The position numbers and the translations under genes are program-made. Shown here piece by piece: positions 17,343 through 25,779 of a stretch of DNA of 25,832 nucleotides. The stretch lies in assembly GCA_050874405.1 (NCBI GenBank), contig JBNMKP010000001.1, forward strand, positions 1 through 25,832, written 5' to 3'. Source of the DNA: a bacterium. Lineage in GTDB: Bacteria; Cyanobacteriota; Vampirovibrionia; Gastranaerophilales; Gastranaerophilaceae. Positions within the stretch are counted from its first letter, which is position 1. The number at the start of each line of letters is the position of its first letter. The notes under the pieces are model-generated. The model was not told the origin of the DNA and did not search any database. It saw only the letters and a program-made list of their open reading frames with translations.

Positions 17343-18560
17343 ATGACAGTATATAATTATACAGCGATAAAAGATGGAACGAACGAACTTGTAAAAGGTA
17401 AAGTCGAAGCAGATGATTTACGAGAAGCTCGTGCTGCTGTTCGACGTTTAGGTTTTACTCCAACAAATATTGTTGAAGAACAAGCCGTTAAAAAAGATGA
17501 AAAGAAAAAGCCAACAGGTAAAATGCCGAAACTGGGTTTGTCGGAGCAGATTGATTTCACTTCTACTCTTCAAATCTTGGCTGCTGCCGGTATTCCGATT
17601 ATTGAATCATTACTGTTTATTGAAAATGATGCGGCAAAGTTGAAGATTCGTCAATGTGCGACAGAATTAAGACGACAAATTATGAACGGTGGTACTTTTG
17701 CAGGTACAATTGCAAAATATCCTGAACAATTTGGTCAAGTTTATATCGGTCTAGTTAGAGCCGGTGAAGATTCCGGTGAATTGGAAAAAACATTAGACCG
17801 TTTATTAGAATTGTTAAATAAGCAAGCTGCGATTAAGTCTAAAGTAATCGGGACTTTGATGTATCCGGTTTTCGTAATCTTGTTAGCAGTATTTATTGTA
17901 ATTGTCATGTTGGTATTCGTATTCCCTGTATTCAAAGAAATGTTTGATTCAATGGGTATGCAATTACCTTGGATTACAAGAGTTTTGATGGAAATGGGTA
18001 TTTTCTTGAAGAAAAATTGGTTGGCAATACCATTGGCATTTGCTGCAATTGGTTTCTTTATCAATTTCTTATTCCATTGGAAACCTAGTAAATGGAAAAT
18101 TGACGATATAGTTTTGAAAATTCCTGTTATTACAGATTTGATTCAGTTTTCAAACTTTGCAAACTTTATTGCCGTTATGCAAGTTGCTTATGATGCCGGT
18201 GTTCCGATTTTGGAATGTTTGTATTTGTCAAATATGACATTAACTAACCATACTCTAGAAACTAGGGTTGAAGAAGCAACTGTAAGGGTTCAACAAGGTC
18301 AACATTTGTCTGCAGCTTTACGTGCGACAAGAACAATGCCTAAAATGATTTTGTTCATGATTGCAACAGGTGAGCAATCAGGTCGTTTGGGTGATATGTT
18401 AGGTCAAGCAACAAATTATATCGATAAACAACTTGATACAATTATCGACGTTATGACAAAAATGATTGAACCGATAATGTTGATTGTAATTGGTTCTATC
18501 GTACTTGTATTGGCAGCAGCTCTTTATTTACCGTTGTTCGCTTCTTACATGGGTATGTAA
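17343..18560 (+). CDS. pilC: Type IV pilus platform protein (PilC/GspF)
   Basis: Two T2SSF repeats (AGIPIIESL..RAGEDSGEL; AGVPILECL..ATGEQSGRL), MIEPIML, LYLPLF. Confidence 0.93.
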   Translation: MTVYNYTAIKDGTNELVKGKVEADDLREARAAVRRLGFTPTNIVEEQAVKKDEKKKPTGKMPKLGLSEQIDFTSTLQILAAAGIPIIESLLFIENDAAKLKIRQCATELRRQIMNGGTFAGTIAKYPEQFGQVYIGLVRAGEDSGELEKTLDRLLELLNKQAAIKSKVIGTLMYPVFVILLAVFIVIVMLVFVFPVFKEMFDSMGMQLPWITRVLMEMGIFLKKNWLAIPLAFAAIGFFINFLFHWKPSKWKIDDIVLKIPVITDLIQFSNFANFIAVMQVAYDAGVPILECLYLSNMTLTNHTLETRVEEATVRVQQGQHLSAALRATRTMPKMILFMIATGEQSGRLGDMLGQATNYIDKQLDTIIDVMTKMIEPIMLIVIGSIVLVLAAALYLPLFASYMGM

Positions 18561-18583
18561 TGGTAAAAACAAAAAGTATAAAT

Positions 18584-18615
18584 AAAAGGATAAGTCATAT
18601 ATGGCTTATCCTTTT
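18584..18615. terminator. Terminator of the pilus operon
   Basis: AAAAGGATAAGTCAT-AT-ATGGCTTATCCTTTT. Confidence 0.85.
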
Positions 18616-18623
18616 ATTATTTG

Positions 18624-18632
18624 TGCTATAAT
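18624..18632 (+). promoter_or_regulatory. Extended -10 promoter of the TPR gene
   Basis: TGcTATAAT, 9 nt before ATG 18642. Confidence 0.55.
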
Positions 18633-18641
18633 AGGTTTATT

Positions 18642-20411
18642 ATGGAAGAGAAACAAATAGATAAAATATACGAATTAATCGATGCTTCAAAATACGATGA
18701 AGCAGAAGTAGAAATTAAAAAAATATTAGAAGAGGATTCTAAAGATACAGATGCACAAAGATTACTAGCCTTGTGCGAAGTTAATCTTGAACACTATGAC
18801 CAAGCTAGAAGTATTCTTGAAGATGTTATCAAATACAGGCAAGATGATGCTTTGTGTTGGTATTATTTAGGTTGTTGTTATGACAATTTGGAAGAATATG
18901 TTGAAGCAAAGTTTGCTTATAAAAAAGTTCTAGAATTACGACCTGAGTATGTTGATGCTTATAAAAGTTTGGCAATTGTTTATATTAAAACCGAAGACCA
19001 TGACAATGCAATTGCGTATGCTAAAAAAGGTCTAGAATATAGCCAAGAAGATTATGCTCTTTATTATATTTTAGGTACAGCTTGTATGGCTTCTAAAAAG
19101 TTTGAAGAAAGTGTTGAATATATTGAACACGCAATTAAATTGAATCCGGAAAATGTTCAATTGTATAATAATTTGGGCACATCATATTTGACAATCGGCG
19201 AATTAGAAAAAGCATTTGAAACTTATGAAAGAGCTTCTAAAGTTGATCCGAACGACTCTTTAACTTATTTCAATATGGCTTCAATTCTTCAATTGCAAAA
19301 TAAACATAAAGAAGCTTGTGAATATTTTGCAAAAGCACATGAACTTGAACCGGAAGAAGATAGTTATTTGGTTGCTTGGGCATTGTCAGAAGTTAAAGCA
19401 GGTCAGTTTAAGGAAGCGATTGAACATTACAAATATTTGGCATCAGCTTATCCTCAAAAATCTTCTTATAGATACAATTTGGCTTGTTGTTATCAAGTTG
19501 TTGGAGAATATGAAGTCGCAATTACATTGTTGAAGCAGTTGGCTTTATTAAATCCAAAAGCTACAAATATTATGAAAAAGCTTGCCGGAATTTATATGGC
19601 AAGTGGTCAATATTCAAAAGCTAAAGAAATTTACGAAAAAATTGTTACTCAAGGTACAACTTCTTTCCAATTGTATTATGAATTGGCTTTGTTATGTGTT
19701 AAAACTGATGATATTGATAGGGCTGAACAAATATTGAAAAAGGTTTGCAAGTTAAATCCTGATTTTGCACCGGCTCACAAGGATTTAGGTGTAATTTATC
19801 TAAACAAGAGATTGTTTGATTATGCAAAAGATGAATTTGAACAAGCTTACAAATGCGACCCTGAGAATTATTCAGTCGTTTTAGAGTATGCAAATTATTT
19901 GCATTCGACTTCTGATTTTGAAAAAGCAGATGAGTTCTATCAAAAAGCAATTGCAATTGACGAAGAAAATCCGAATGGTTTAGCTTTTTCCGCATTAAAC
20001 AAGACTCATTTAAAACAAATAGATTTAGCGAAAGAACAAATTACAAAAGCGATGAAAAAATGTTCTGATTCTGCATTTTTATTATTTATCGCAGGTCGAA
20101 TTTATTTCTTGGATAAAGATTATGATTGCGCTAAAATGTACTTGGTTAAAGCTTATGAGCTTGAAAAACTCCCAGATGTCCAAAATTTATTAGGACTTTG
20201 CTATATGGAATTGGGTAACTATGAACAAGCAAAATCTATATTTAATAATTTGCTTGAAAAAGCACCTATGAATGTGAATGTTCTATTAAATGTGGCTCAT
20301 TGTCATGAAAAATTGGGTGAAAACGATGAAGCATTAAAATGTGCTGAAAAAATTACAGATACATTCCCAGAGTGCGAAGAAGCACAAGAACTAATCAGAA
20401 AATTATCTTAA
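18642..20411 (+). CDS. Tetratricopeptide repeat protein (589 aa, repeats throughout)
   Basis: Many TPR-like units (e.g. YYLGCCYDNLEEYVEAKFAYKKVLELRPE, YNNLGTSYLTIGELEKAFETYERASKVDP); no signal peptide. Confidence 0.9.
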   Translation: MEEKQIDKIYELIDASKYDEAEVEIKKILEEDSKDTDAQRLLALCEVNLEHYDQARSILEDVIKYRQDDALCWYYLGCCYDNLEEYVEAKFAYKKVLELRPEYVDAYKSLAIVYIKTEDHDNAIAYAKKGLEYSQEDYALYYILGTACMASKKFEESVEYIEHAIKLNPENVQLYNNLGTSYLTIGELEKAFETYERASKVDPNDSLTYFNMASILQLQNKHKEACEYFAKAHELEPEEDSYLVAWALSEVKAGQFKEAIEHYKYLASAYPQKSSYRYNLACCYQVVGEYEVAITLLKQLALLNPKATNIMKKLAGIYMASGQYSKAKEIYEKIVTQGTTSFQLYYELALLCVKTDDIDRAEQILKKVCKLNPDFAPAHKDLGVIYLNKRLFDYAKDEFEQAYKCDPENYSVVLEYANYLHSTSDFEKADEFYQKAIAIDEENPNGLAFSALNKTHLKQIDLAKEQITKAMKKCSDSAFLLFIAGRIYFLDKDYDCAKMYLVKAYELEKLPDVQNLLGLCYMELGNYEQAKSIFNNLLEKAPMNVNVLLNVAHCHEKLGENDEALKCAEKITDTFPECEEAQELIRKLS

Positions 20412-20435
20412 CATTAAATAATTAAAATATAACAT

Positions 20436-20479
20436 AAAACACTTGTAGAGGCTTGTTTTGAGTTTTGCAAGTGTTTTTT
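20436..20479 (+). terminator. Terminator after the TPR gene
   Basis: AAAACACTTG...CAAGTGTTTT stem with T tail. Confidence 0.7.
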
Positions 20480-20745
20480 AATTTTATTTAACAAAATAAA
20501 TGTAAATTTTTTAATTGCTTAAAATCCTTATAAATAGTCAGTTTTCACCGATATAAAAAATAATTGTAAAAAGTTTATTAAATGATTAGAAAAATTAAAT
20601 CCTTTATTTTATTATATAAATGTAGTATAAAAAGTATATATTATTTTTTAGATTAGGTTGTTATTAAAAAGTGAAAAATTTGATACTAATTGAATTATAC
20701 ATTTTAGGTTAATGTGAATCCTTTTTTGTTTCAGAAATGAAATAA

Positions 20746-20776
20746 GCGGGCATGGTTCCTCATGCCTGTTTTTTTT
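20746..20776 (+). terminator. Orphan intrinsic terminator upstream of mlaE
   Basis: GCGGGCATG-GTTCCT-CATGCCTGT followed by a T8 run. Confidence 0.8.
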
Positions 20777-20837
20777 ATGAAAAAATAAAAAATTTATAGC
20801 CTTAAAACTCATAATGATAGCAATATTTGAACTATTA

Positions 20838-20846
20838 TGCTATAAT
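20838..20846 (+). promoter_or_regulatory. Extended -10 promoter of mlaE
   Basis: TGcTATAAT, 6 nt before ATG 20853; TAGCAA lies 17 nt upstream of the -10. Confidence 0.65.
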
Positions 20847-20852
20847 TCCGGT

Positions 20853-21665
20853 ATGGAAATAACTTTGAGCAAATATTTACGACAATCTGCAACATACAAA
20901 GTATTCTCTCATTTGGGGGTTGTTTTTGCTGATTTTTTAGATACTTTGGGTAAAATTGCTCAAATTGGTTTCCATGTTTTGAAATGTATTTTTAAAGGAG
21001 AAATTTCAAAGAAAGAACTATTGCTTCAATGCGATAGATTTGGTGTAAGCTCTTTACCTATTACTCTTTCAATTGTTGGAATGACATCTATTATTGTTGC
21101 TTCACAGGTAGCTCATGAAATGGTTAAACAAGGTGGCGGTAATTTTGTCGGAATGCTTATGACAATATTAATTGTACGTGAAGTTGGTGCAATTATGTCA
21201 GGTTTTGCAATTACTTCTATGATTGGTTCATCTTTAGCGTCAGAACTTGCGACAATGAGAGTTACGGAGCAAGTTGATGCAATTGATGTTTTGGGTGTGG
21301 ATTCAATAAGATATCTATTTGTTCCAAGAGTTTTGTCCGGAATTGTTATGATGCCGTTTGTTGTAATTTTGGCATCTGTTGTTGGTGTTTTATTGGGTGC
21401 TGTGACATCTGATATGTTTGCAGGTTTAACTTATAGAGCTTATTTTGATTCCGCTTGGTTAGGATTGTATATGAAAGATTTGTGGGTCAGCTTGTTAAAG
21501 GCTGCTGTTTTTGGCGGAACGATTGCTTTAATTAGTTGTACTTGCGGATTTCATGCAACAGGTGGTGCTAAGGGTGTCGGTATCGCAACAACAAAAGCGG
21601 TAGTATGGTCATTTATTGCAATTGTTGTTTGGGATATGGTATTTGCGGTTTTATTTTTCTTTTAA
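20853..21665 (+). CDS. mlaE: MlaE family ABC permease
   Basis: REVGAIMSGF, SELATMRVTEQVDAIDVLG, RYLFVPRV, GAKGVGIATTKAVV. Start reassigned from 20814 to 20853. Confidence 0.92.
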   Translation: MEITLSKYLRQSATYKVFSHLGVVFADFLDTLGKIAQIGFHVLKCIFKGEISKKELLLQCDRFGVSSLPITLSIVGMTSIIVASQVAHEMVKQGGGNFVGMLMTILIVREVGAIMSGFAITSMIGSSLASELATMRVTEQVDAIDVLGVDSIRYLFVPRVLSGIVMMPFVVILASVVGVLLGAVTSDMFAGLTYRAYFDSAWLGLYMKDLWVSLLKAAVFGGTIALISCTCGFHATGGAKGVGIATTKAVVWSFIAIVVWDMVFAVLFFF

Positions 21666-21684
21666 TTTGTGTAAGGATATAGTT

Positions 21685-22404
21685 ATGAGCATTGAAGTAA
21701 AAAATCTAGTTAAAAAGTTTGATGACAGAGTTGTTATAAATGATATTTCATTCAAGGTTAATGACGGTGAAATTCTTGCAATTGTCGGCTTTTCCGGTTC
21801 AGGTAAAAGTACGGTTTTAAAATTGATTTGCGGCCTAATTCCTTATGATAATGGCGAAGTTTTAACTTCTGATGGTGATATTGCAATGGTTTTCCAATAT
21901 TCGGCTTTGTTTGATTCGTTGAACGTTTATGACAATATCTCTTTTGCATTACACGAAAGAAAAGATTTAAGAAAAAAATATACAGAAGACCAAATTAAAC
22001 AAATTGTTTCTCAAAAACTTGAACTTGTTGGTTTGAAAGGTATTGAAAATAAATTCCCTTCAGAATTATCAGGTGGTATGCAGAAGCGTGTAAGTTTTGC
22101 CCGTGCAATTGTGACAAAACCGAATACAATTTTGTATGATGAGCCGACAGCAGGTCTTGACCCTATGTCATCTACTTTGATTGAGGATTATATTGTTAGA
22201 TTGAAACGAGAAACAAATGCTGCATCAATCGTTGTAACTCACCAAATGTCAACAATTACAAGAACTGCAGACAGAGTTATAATGTTGTACGATGGTAAAA
22301 TTGTTTTTGAGGGAACTCCAATGCAATTGTTAAAACAAGATAATCCTTATACTAAACAATTTGTAACGGCTTCTCTTGAAGGACCAATGAAGTTAAAAGC
22401 TTAA
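21685..22404 (+). CDS. mlaF: MlaF family ABC ATP-binding protein
   Basis: GFSGSGKS, MVFQYSALFDSLNV, ELSGGMQKRV, LYDEPTAGLDP, VTHQ; follows mlaE. Confidence 0.9.
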   Translation: MSIEVKNLVKKFDDRVVINDISFKVNDGEILAIVGFSGSGKSTVLKLICGLIPYDNGEVLTSDGDIAMVFQYSALFDSLNVYDNISFALHERKDLRKKYTEDQIKQIVSQKLELVGLKGIENKFPSELSGGMQKRVSFARAIVTKPNTILYDEPTAGLDPMSSTLIEDYIVRLKRETNAASIVVTHQMSTITRTADRVIMLYDGKIVFEGTPMQLLKQDNPYTKQFVTASLEGPMKLKA

Positions 22405-22427
22405 AAATTATAAGTGAGGATAGACAA

Positions 22428-23672
22428 ATGAAAAAGAATTTATTTAATGAAGATGCAATGTCATTAGATACATATATTATGGTTAAGTTGAAAGAAAAAA
22501 CTGCTCAATTGAGAGATAAATTAACTCAAAAAAATAGAGCACCGATTTCTTTGTCAATGGGTGCACCGACTGCAAATCCTCCACAAGTATTGATTGAAAA
22601 ATTAAAAGAATTTTTAACGGAAGATAATATTCACACCTATTCTGTAACCAGAGGTGAACCTTATTTCAGACAAGCAATTGTTGAAAGAATGAAAAACCGT
22701 TTTGGTGTTGAATTAGATGCGGATAAAGAAGTTTTTTCTTTGTTGGGTTCAAAAGACGGTTTGGCTAACTTGATTAGATTTATTATTACTCCGACTACAG
22801 AAGTTAAGGAAAAAGATATTATTCTTATTCCAGACCCTGGGTATGCTTCATATTCTCAAATGGTTAAGTGTTCAGGTGGAATGTCTTACCCAATTCCGTT
22901 GACTGCTGAAAATAATTATCAACCGGATATGGAAGAAGTTTATCAAAACTTGATTTGTGATGGTTTTAATCCTGCTAAGATTAAAGCAATGATTATCAAT
23001 TATCCGAATAACCCACTTGGTGTTTCAGCAACAAGAGAGTATGTAAAATCAGTTCTTGATTTTTGTAAGAAGCACGATATTTTGTTGATGTCAGATGCTG
23101 CATATTGTGATATTTATTTTGAAGAAAATGAAAAACCGTTTAGTGTTTTGGAATTTGATGGAGCGAAAGAGATTGCTGTTGAATTCTTTAGTTTGTCAAA
23201 ACCTTATGCTATCACCGGTTGGAGATTAGGTTGGTTATGCGGTAATAGTGATGTTATTACAAGATTTGCTAAAGCAAAATCTACAATTGATAACGGTATA
23301 TTTAAAGCTTTACAAAAGGCTTGTGCTTATATAATGAATTCTGCTGAGGGTGATGAATATATTGCTCAAGGAAATATCAATTACAAACGCAAACAATCAA
23401 TTGTTGTAAAAGGTTTGAGAGAGTTAGGTTGGAAAATAGATGATGCACAACTTCCAACAGCTACATTTTATTTATGGTTACCAATTCCAAGAAAATATAA
23501 AGAGTCTTACAAATTTTGTGAAGATATGCTTGAAAAATCAGGTATCGTAATTGTCCCAGGGAGTGCCTTTGGTAAATACGGCGAAGGATTCTTTAGATTA
23601 TCTTTTGTTTGCAGCGATGAAAAATTGCAAGAAGTAATTGATAGAATGAAAGCTGATGGCTTTAGATATTAA
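22428..23672 (+). CDS. PLP-dependent class I/II aminotransferase (LL-diaminopimelate aminotransferase-like)
   Basis: LLGSKDG, PDPGYASY, NYPNNPLG, DAAY, SLSKPY..TGWRLG. Substrate is not determinable from motifs alone. Confidence 0.88.
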   Translation: MKKNLFNEDAMSLDTYIMVKLKEKTAQLRDKLTQKNRAPISLSMGAPTANPPQVLIEKLKEFLTEDNIHTYSVTRGEPYFRQAIVERMKNRFGVELDADKEVFSLLGSKDGLANLIRFIITPTTEVKEKDIILIPDPGYASYSQMVKCSGGMSYPIPLTAENNYQPDMEEVYQNLICDGFNPAKIKAMIINYPNNPLGVSATREYVKSVLDFCKKHDILLMSDAAYCDIYFEENEKPFSVLEFDGAKEIAVEFFSLSKPYAITGWRLGWLCGNSDVITRFAKAKSTIDNGIFKALQKACAYIMNSAEGDEYIAQGNINYKRKQSIVVKGLRELGWKIDDAQLPTATFYLWLPIPRKYKESYKFCEDMLEKSGIVIVPGSAFGKYGEGFFRLSFVCSDEKLQEVIDRMKADGFRY

Positions 23673-23683
23673 AAAGTATAAAT

Positions 23684-23728
23684 AATAATGCTACTATTAG
23701 CAGTTGACATGCTTTTAGTAGCATTATT
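23684..23728. terminator. Hairpin after the aminotransferase
   Basis: AATAATGCTACTA...TAGTAGCATTATT, a 13-bp inverted repeat with inner AGCA/TGCT pairing. Confidence 0.6.
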
Positions 23729-23777
23729 TATTTTAAACCGTAGGGTCCGAAGAAGAGTCTTTAAACACAAAATTCAT

Positions 23778-23841
23778 GTCATTACGAGTCACAATGTCAA
23801 ACAAGAAGGACAAAAGTCTATACAAAGTGACGTAGTAATCC
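23778..23841 (+). repeat. Palindromic element copy B
   Basis: GTCATTACGAGTCAC...GTGACGTAGTAATCC. Confidence 0.75.
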
Positions 23842-23873
23842 CTAACAAATTAGACAATGGTAAACCTTGTCAG

Positions 23874-23938
23874 GGATTGCGACACTGGAGATTGTTGTCT
23901 AATCTGAAAAATATTTTCTACAACCCGTTCGCAATGAC
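23874..23938 (-). repeat. Palindromic element copy C
   Basis: Reverse complement reads GTCATTGCGAAC...GTGTCGCAATCC. Confidence 0.7.
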
Positions 23939-24103
23939 ATGAATGGTGAAATTTGGAAGTTACGAAATTGCTCTTTAGAATGACGAACTTGTATGCTTAT
24001 TTTGTTAAATCAAACAAATATCTCCAAATAATCGAAGCAGTGATTATGATAGCAGGAAAATATTTTGTTGTTAAAAAAATATATTTTCTTCTATTGTTTC
24101 TCC

Positions 24104-25024
24104 TTATGATGAATACAACTCCGAACTCAAATATCTTTCACCACAATCCGGTAAGATAGCAACTATTAGCTTTCCTTTGTTTTCTTCTCTTTTAGAGAGT
24201 TCAATTGCAGCCCAAACGTTAGCCCCTCCAGAAAAACCTGATAAGATTCCCTCTTTTGTTGTTAGGTTTCTTGCAGTTTCAATTGCATCTTCATTTTTTA
24301 CAGGAATAATTTCGTCTATGAGTGATGAGTCAAAGTTCTTCGGTATGAAATTTGCTCCTATTCCTTGAATTTTATGAGGACCTGCTTGCCCACCCTCTAG
24401 GACTTGTGAGGTGAATGGTTCAACTGCAACGGCTTTAATTTGAAGATTTTTTTCTTTTAATTTTTTTGCTATTCCAGAAATTGTGCCACCAGTTCCTACT
24501 CCTGCAACGACAATGTCAACTTTACCATCTGTGTCAGCCCAAATTTCTTCTGATGTTGTAAGATAGTGAGCTTTGGGGTTTGATGGGTTGTCAAATTGAG
24601 ATGGTATAAATGAATTTTTGTGGGTATTGTGGAGTTCAAGAGCTTTGTCTACAGCACCTTTCATTCCTAATTTCCCCTCTGTCAAAACCAGTTCTGCTCC
24701 GTATGCTTTTAAAAGTTTTCTGCGTTCCAGACTCATTGTTTCTGGCATGGTTAGAATAATTTTATACCCTTTTATTGCACAAATCATTGCGAGTCCTATT
24801 CCAGTATTGCCACTTGTTGGTTCAATGATTATGGTTTCAGGGTTTATTTTACCAGAGTTTTCAGCATCAACTATCATTTGTAATGCTGCTCTATCTTTTA
24901 CAGAATTTGCAGGATTAAAATATTCAAGTTTAATTGCAATATCAGCGTAACCTGAATTTAGTTTGTTTAATTTTACTAATGGTGTTTTACCGACAAGTTC
25001 TGTTAAATCTTTTGCTATTTTCAT
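24104..25024 (-). CDS. cysK: Cysteine synthase A
   Basis: [52 protein letters not shown]; GGAG SD before ATG 25024. Confidence 0.95.
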   Translation of the reverse strand: MKIAKDLTELVGKTPLVKLNKLNSGYADIAIKLEYFNPANSVKDRAALQMIVDAENSGKINPETIIIEPTSGNTGIGLAMICAIKGYKIILTMPETMSLERRKLLKAYGAELVLTEGKLGMKGAVDKALELHNTHKNSFIPSQFDNPSNPKAHYLTTSEEIWADTDGKVDIVVAGVGTGGTISGIAKKLKEKNLQIKAVAVEPFTSQVLEGGQAGPHKIQGIGANFIPKNFDSSLIDEIIPVKNEDAIETARNLTTKEGILSGFSGGANVWAAIELSKREENKGKLIVAILPDCGERYLSSELYSS

Positions 25025-25088
25025 AAACAACTCCTCTTTTTATTTTTTTGTACATTATACAACAAATTACATATTTTCAATATTTACC

Positions 25089-25117
25089 TTGTGGAGGATA
25101 AAAATATATGTTATAAT
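25089..25117 (+). promoter_or_regulatory. Promoter of pilin 25150-25779
   Basis: TTGTGG-17 nt-TATAAT with extended -10 TG. Confidence 0.65.
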
Positions 25118-25149
25118 GAAAAAGGATATAACAGGGAATTTTATAGAGT

Positions 25150-25779
25150 ATGATAAAAAAGAGTTTGGCATTTACTTTAGCAGAAGTTTTATTGACAATG
25201 ACTATTATTGGGGTTGTTGCAGCGATGACAATTCCTACATTGCATTACCAAAGAGTCAAGAAAGAATATACGACTAAGTTGAAAAATTTCTATAGTCGTA
25301 TGGATAATGCTGTTTTGGATATGGAAACAGATTATGGTTCTTTTAGAGATTTGAGAAAACCTGCAGATGGTGATATTCCTGATGGCTATAATTGGTATAT
25401 GAAATATATTGACCCTTATGTTGGTCACCAGTATGTAGATGCTGATAATCATCAAGTGTTTTTTAGTGACGGTTCTATGATTTCCAGTTTTTGGCCTGGA
25501 GGTTGTTTAGATGTTGTTTATGATGTGAATGGAAGAAAAGGTCCAAATCAAGAGGGCTATGATAGATTCCGTTTCTTGTTCTGCTTTACCGATGGAAATC
25601 GTGAATCTTGGTTTGGAAATAAGAATATATTTTTCGGAACTTATGGCTCTGATGATGTAGCGGCCGGAGCTTCAAGAGATAGTATGCTTCAATCTTGTAG
25701 AGAGCATGGACCAAGATGTACAAGATTGTTGCAAAATGACCAATGGGAATTTAAAAGCGACTACCCATATAAATTCTAG
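25150..25779 (+). CDS. Type IV pilin-like protein
   Basis: MIKKSLA|FTLAEVLLTMTIIGVVAAMTIP, DVNGRKGPNQEGYDRF motif, C-terminal C..C..WEFKSDYPY. Confidence 0.9.
   Translation: MIKKSLAFTLAEVLLTMTIIGVVAAMTIPTLHYQRVKKEYTTKLKNFYSRMDNAVLDMETDYGSFRDLRKPADGDIPDGYNWYMKYIDPYVGHQYVDADNHQVFFSDGSMISSFWPGGCLDVVYDVNGRKGPNQEGYDRFRFLFCFTDGNRESWFGNKNIFFGTYGSDDVAAGASRDSMLQSCREHGPRCTRLLQNDQWEFKSDYPYKF

Noticed and set aside
18642-20411. TPR protein as a PilF/Tgl-type pilotin
   Set aside because: No lipoprotein or Sec signal, and a strong terminator separates it from pilC.
23688-23942. 84-aa ORF as a real gene
   Set aside because: It starts inside a terminator-like hairpin without an SD and is mostly translated repeat sequence.
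23977-23984. GTCATTCT (minus strand) as a fourth palindromic element copy
   Set aside because: Only the 5' arm is recognisable; there is no matching 3' arm to close a stem.
23953-24159. 68-aa ORF
   Set aside because: TTG start, no SD, overlaps the cysK 3' end antisense, and has AT-biased composition.
24963-25277. 104-aa ORF spanning the cysK/pilin intergenic region
   Set aside because: It overlaps both genes and the pilin promoter and has no coding features.
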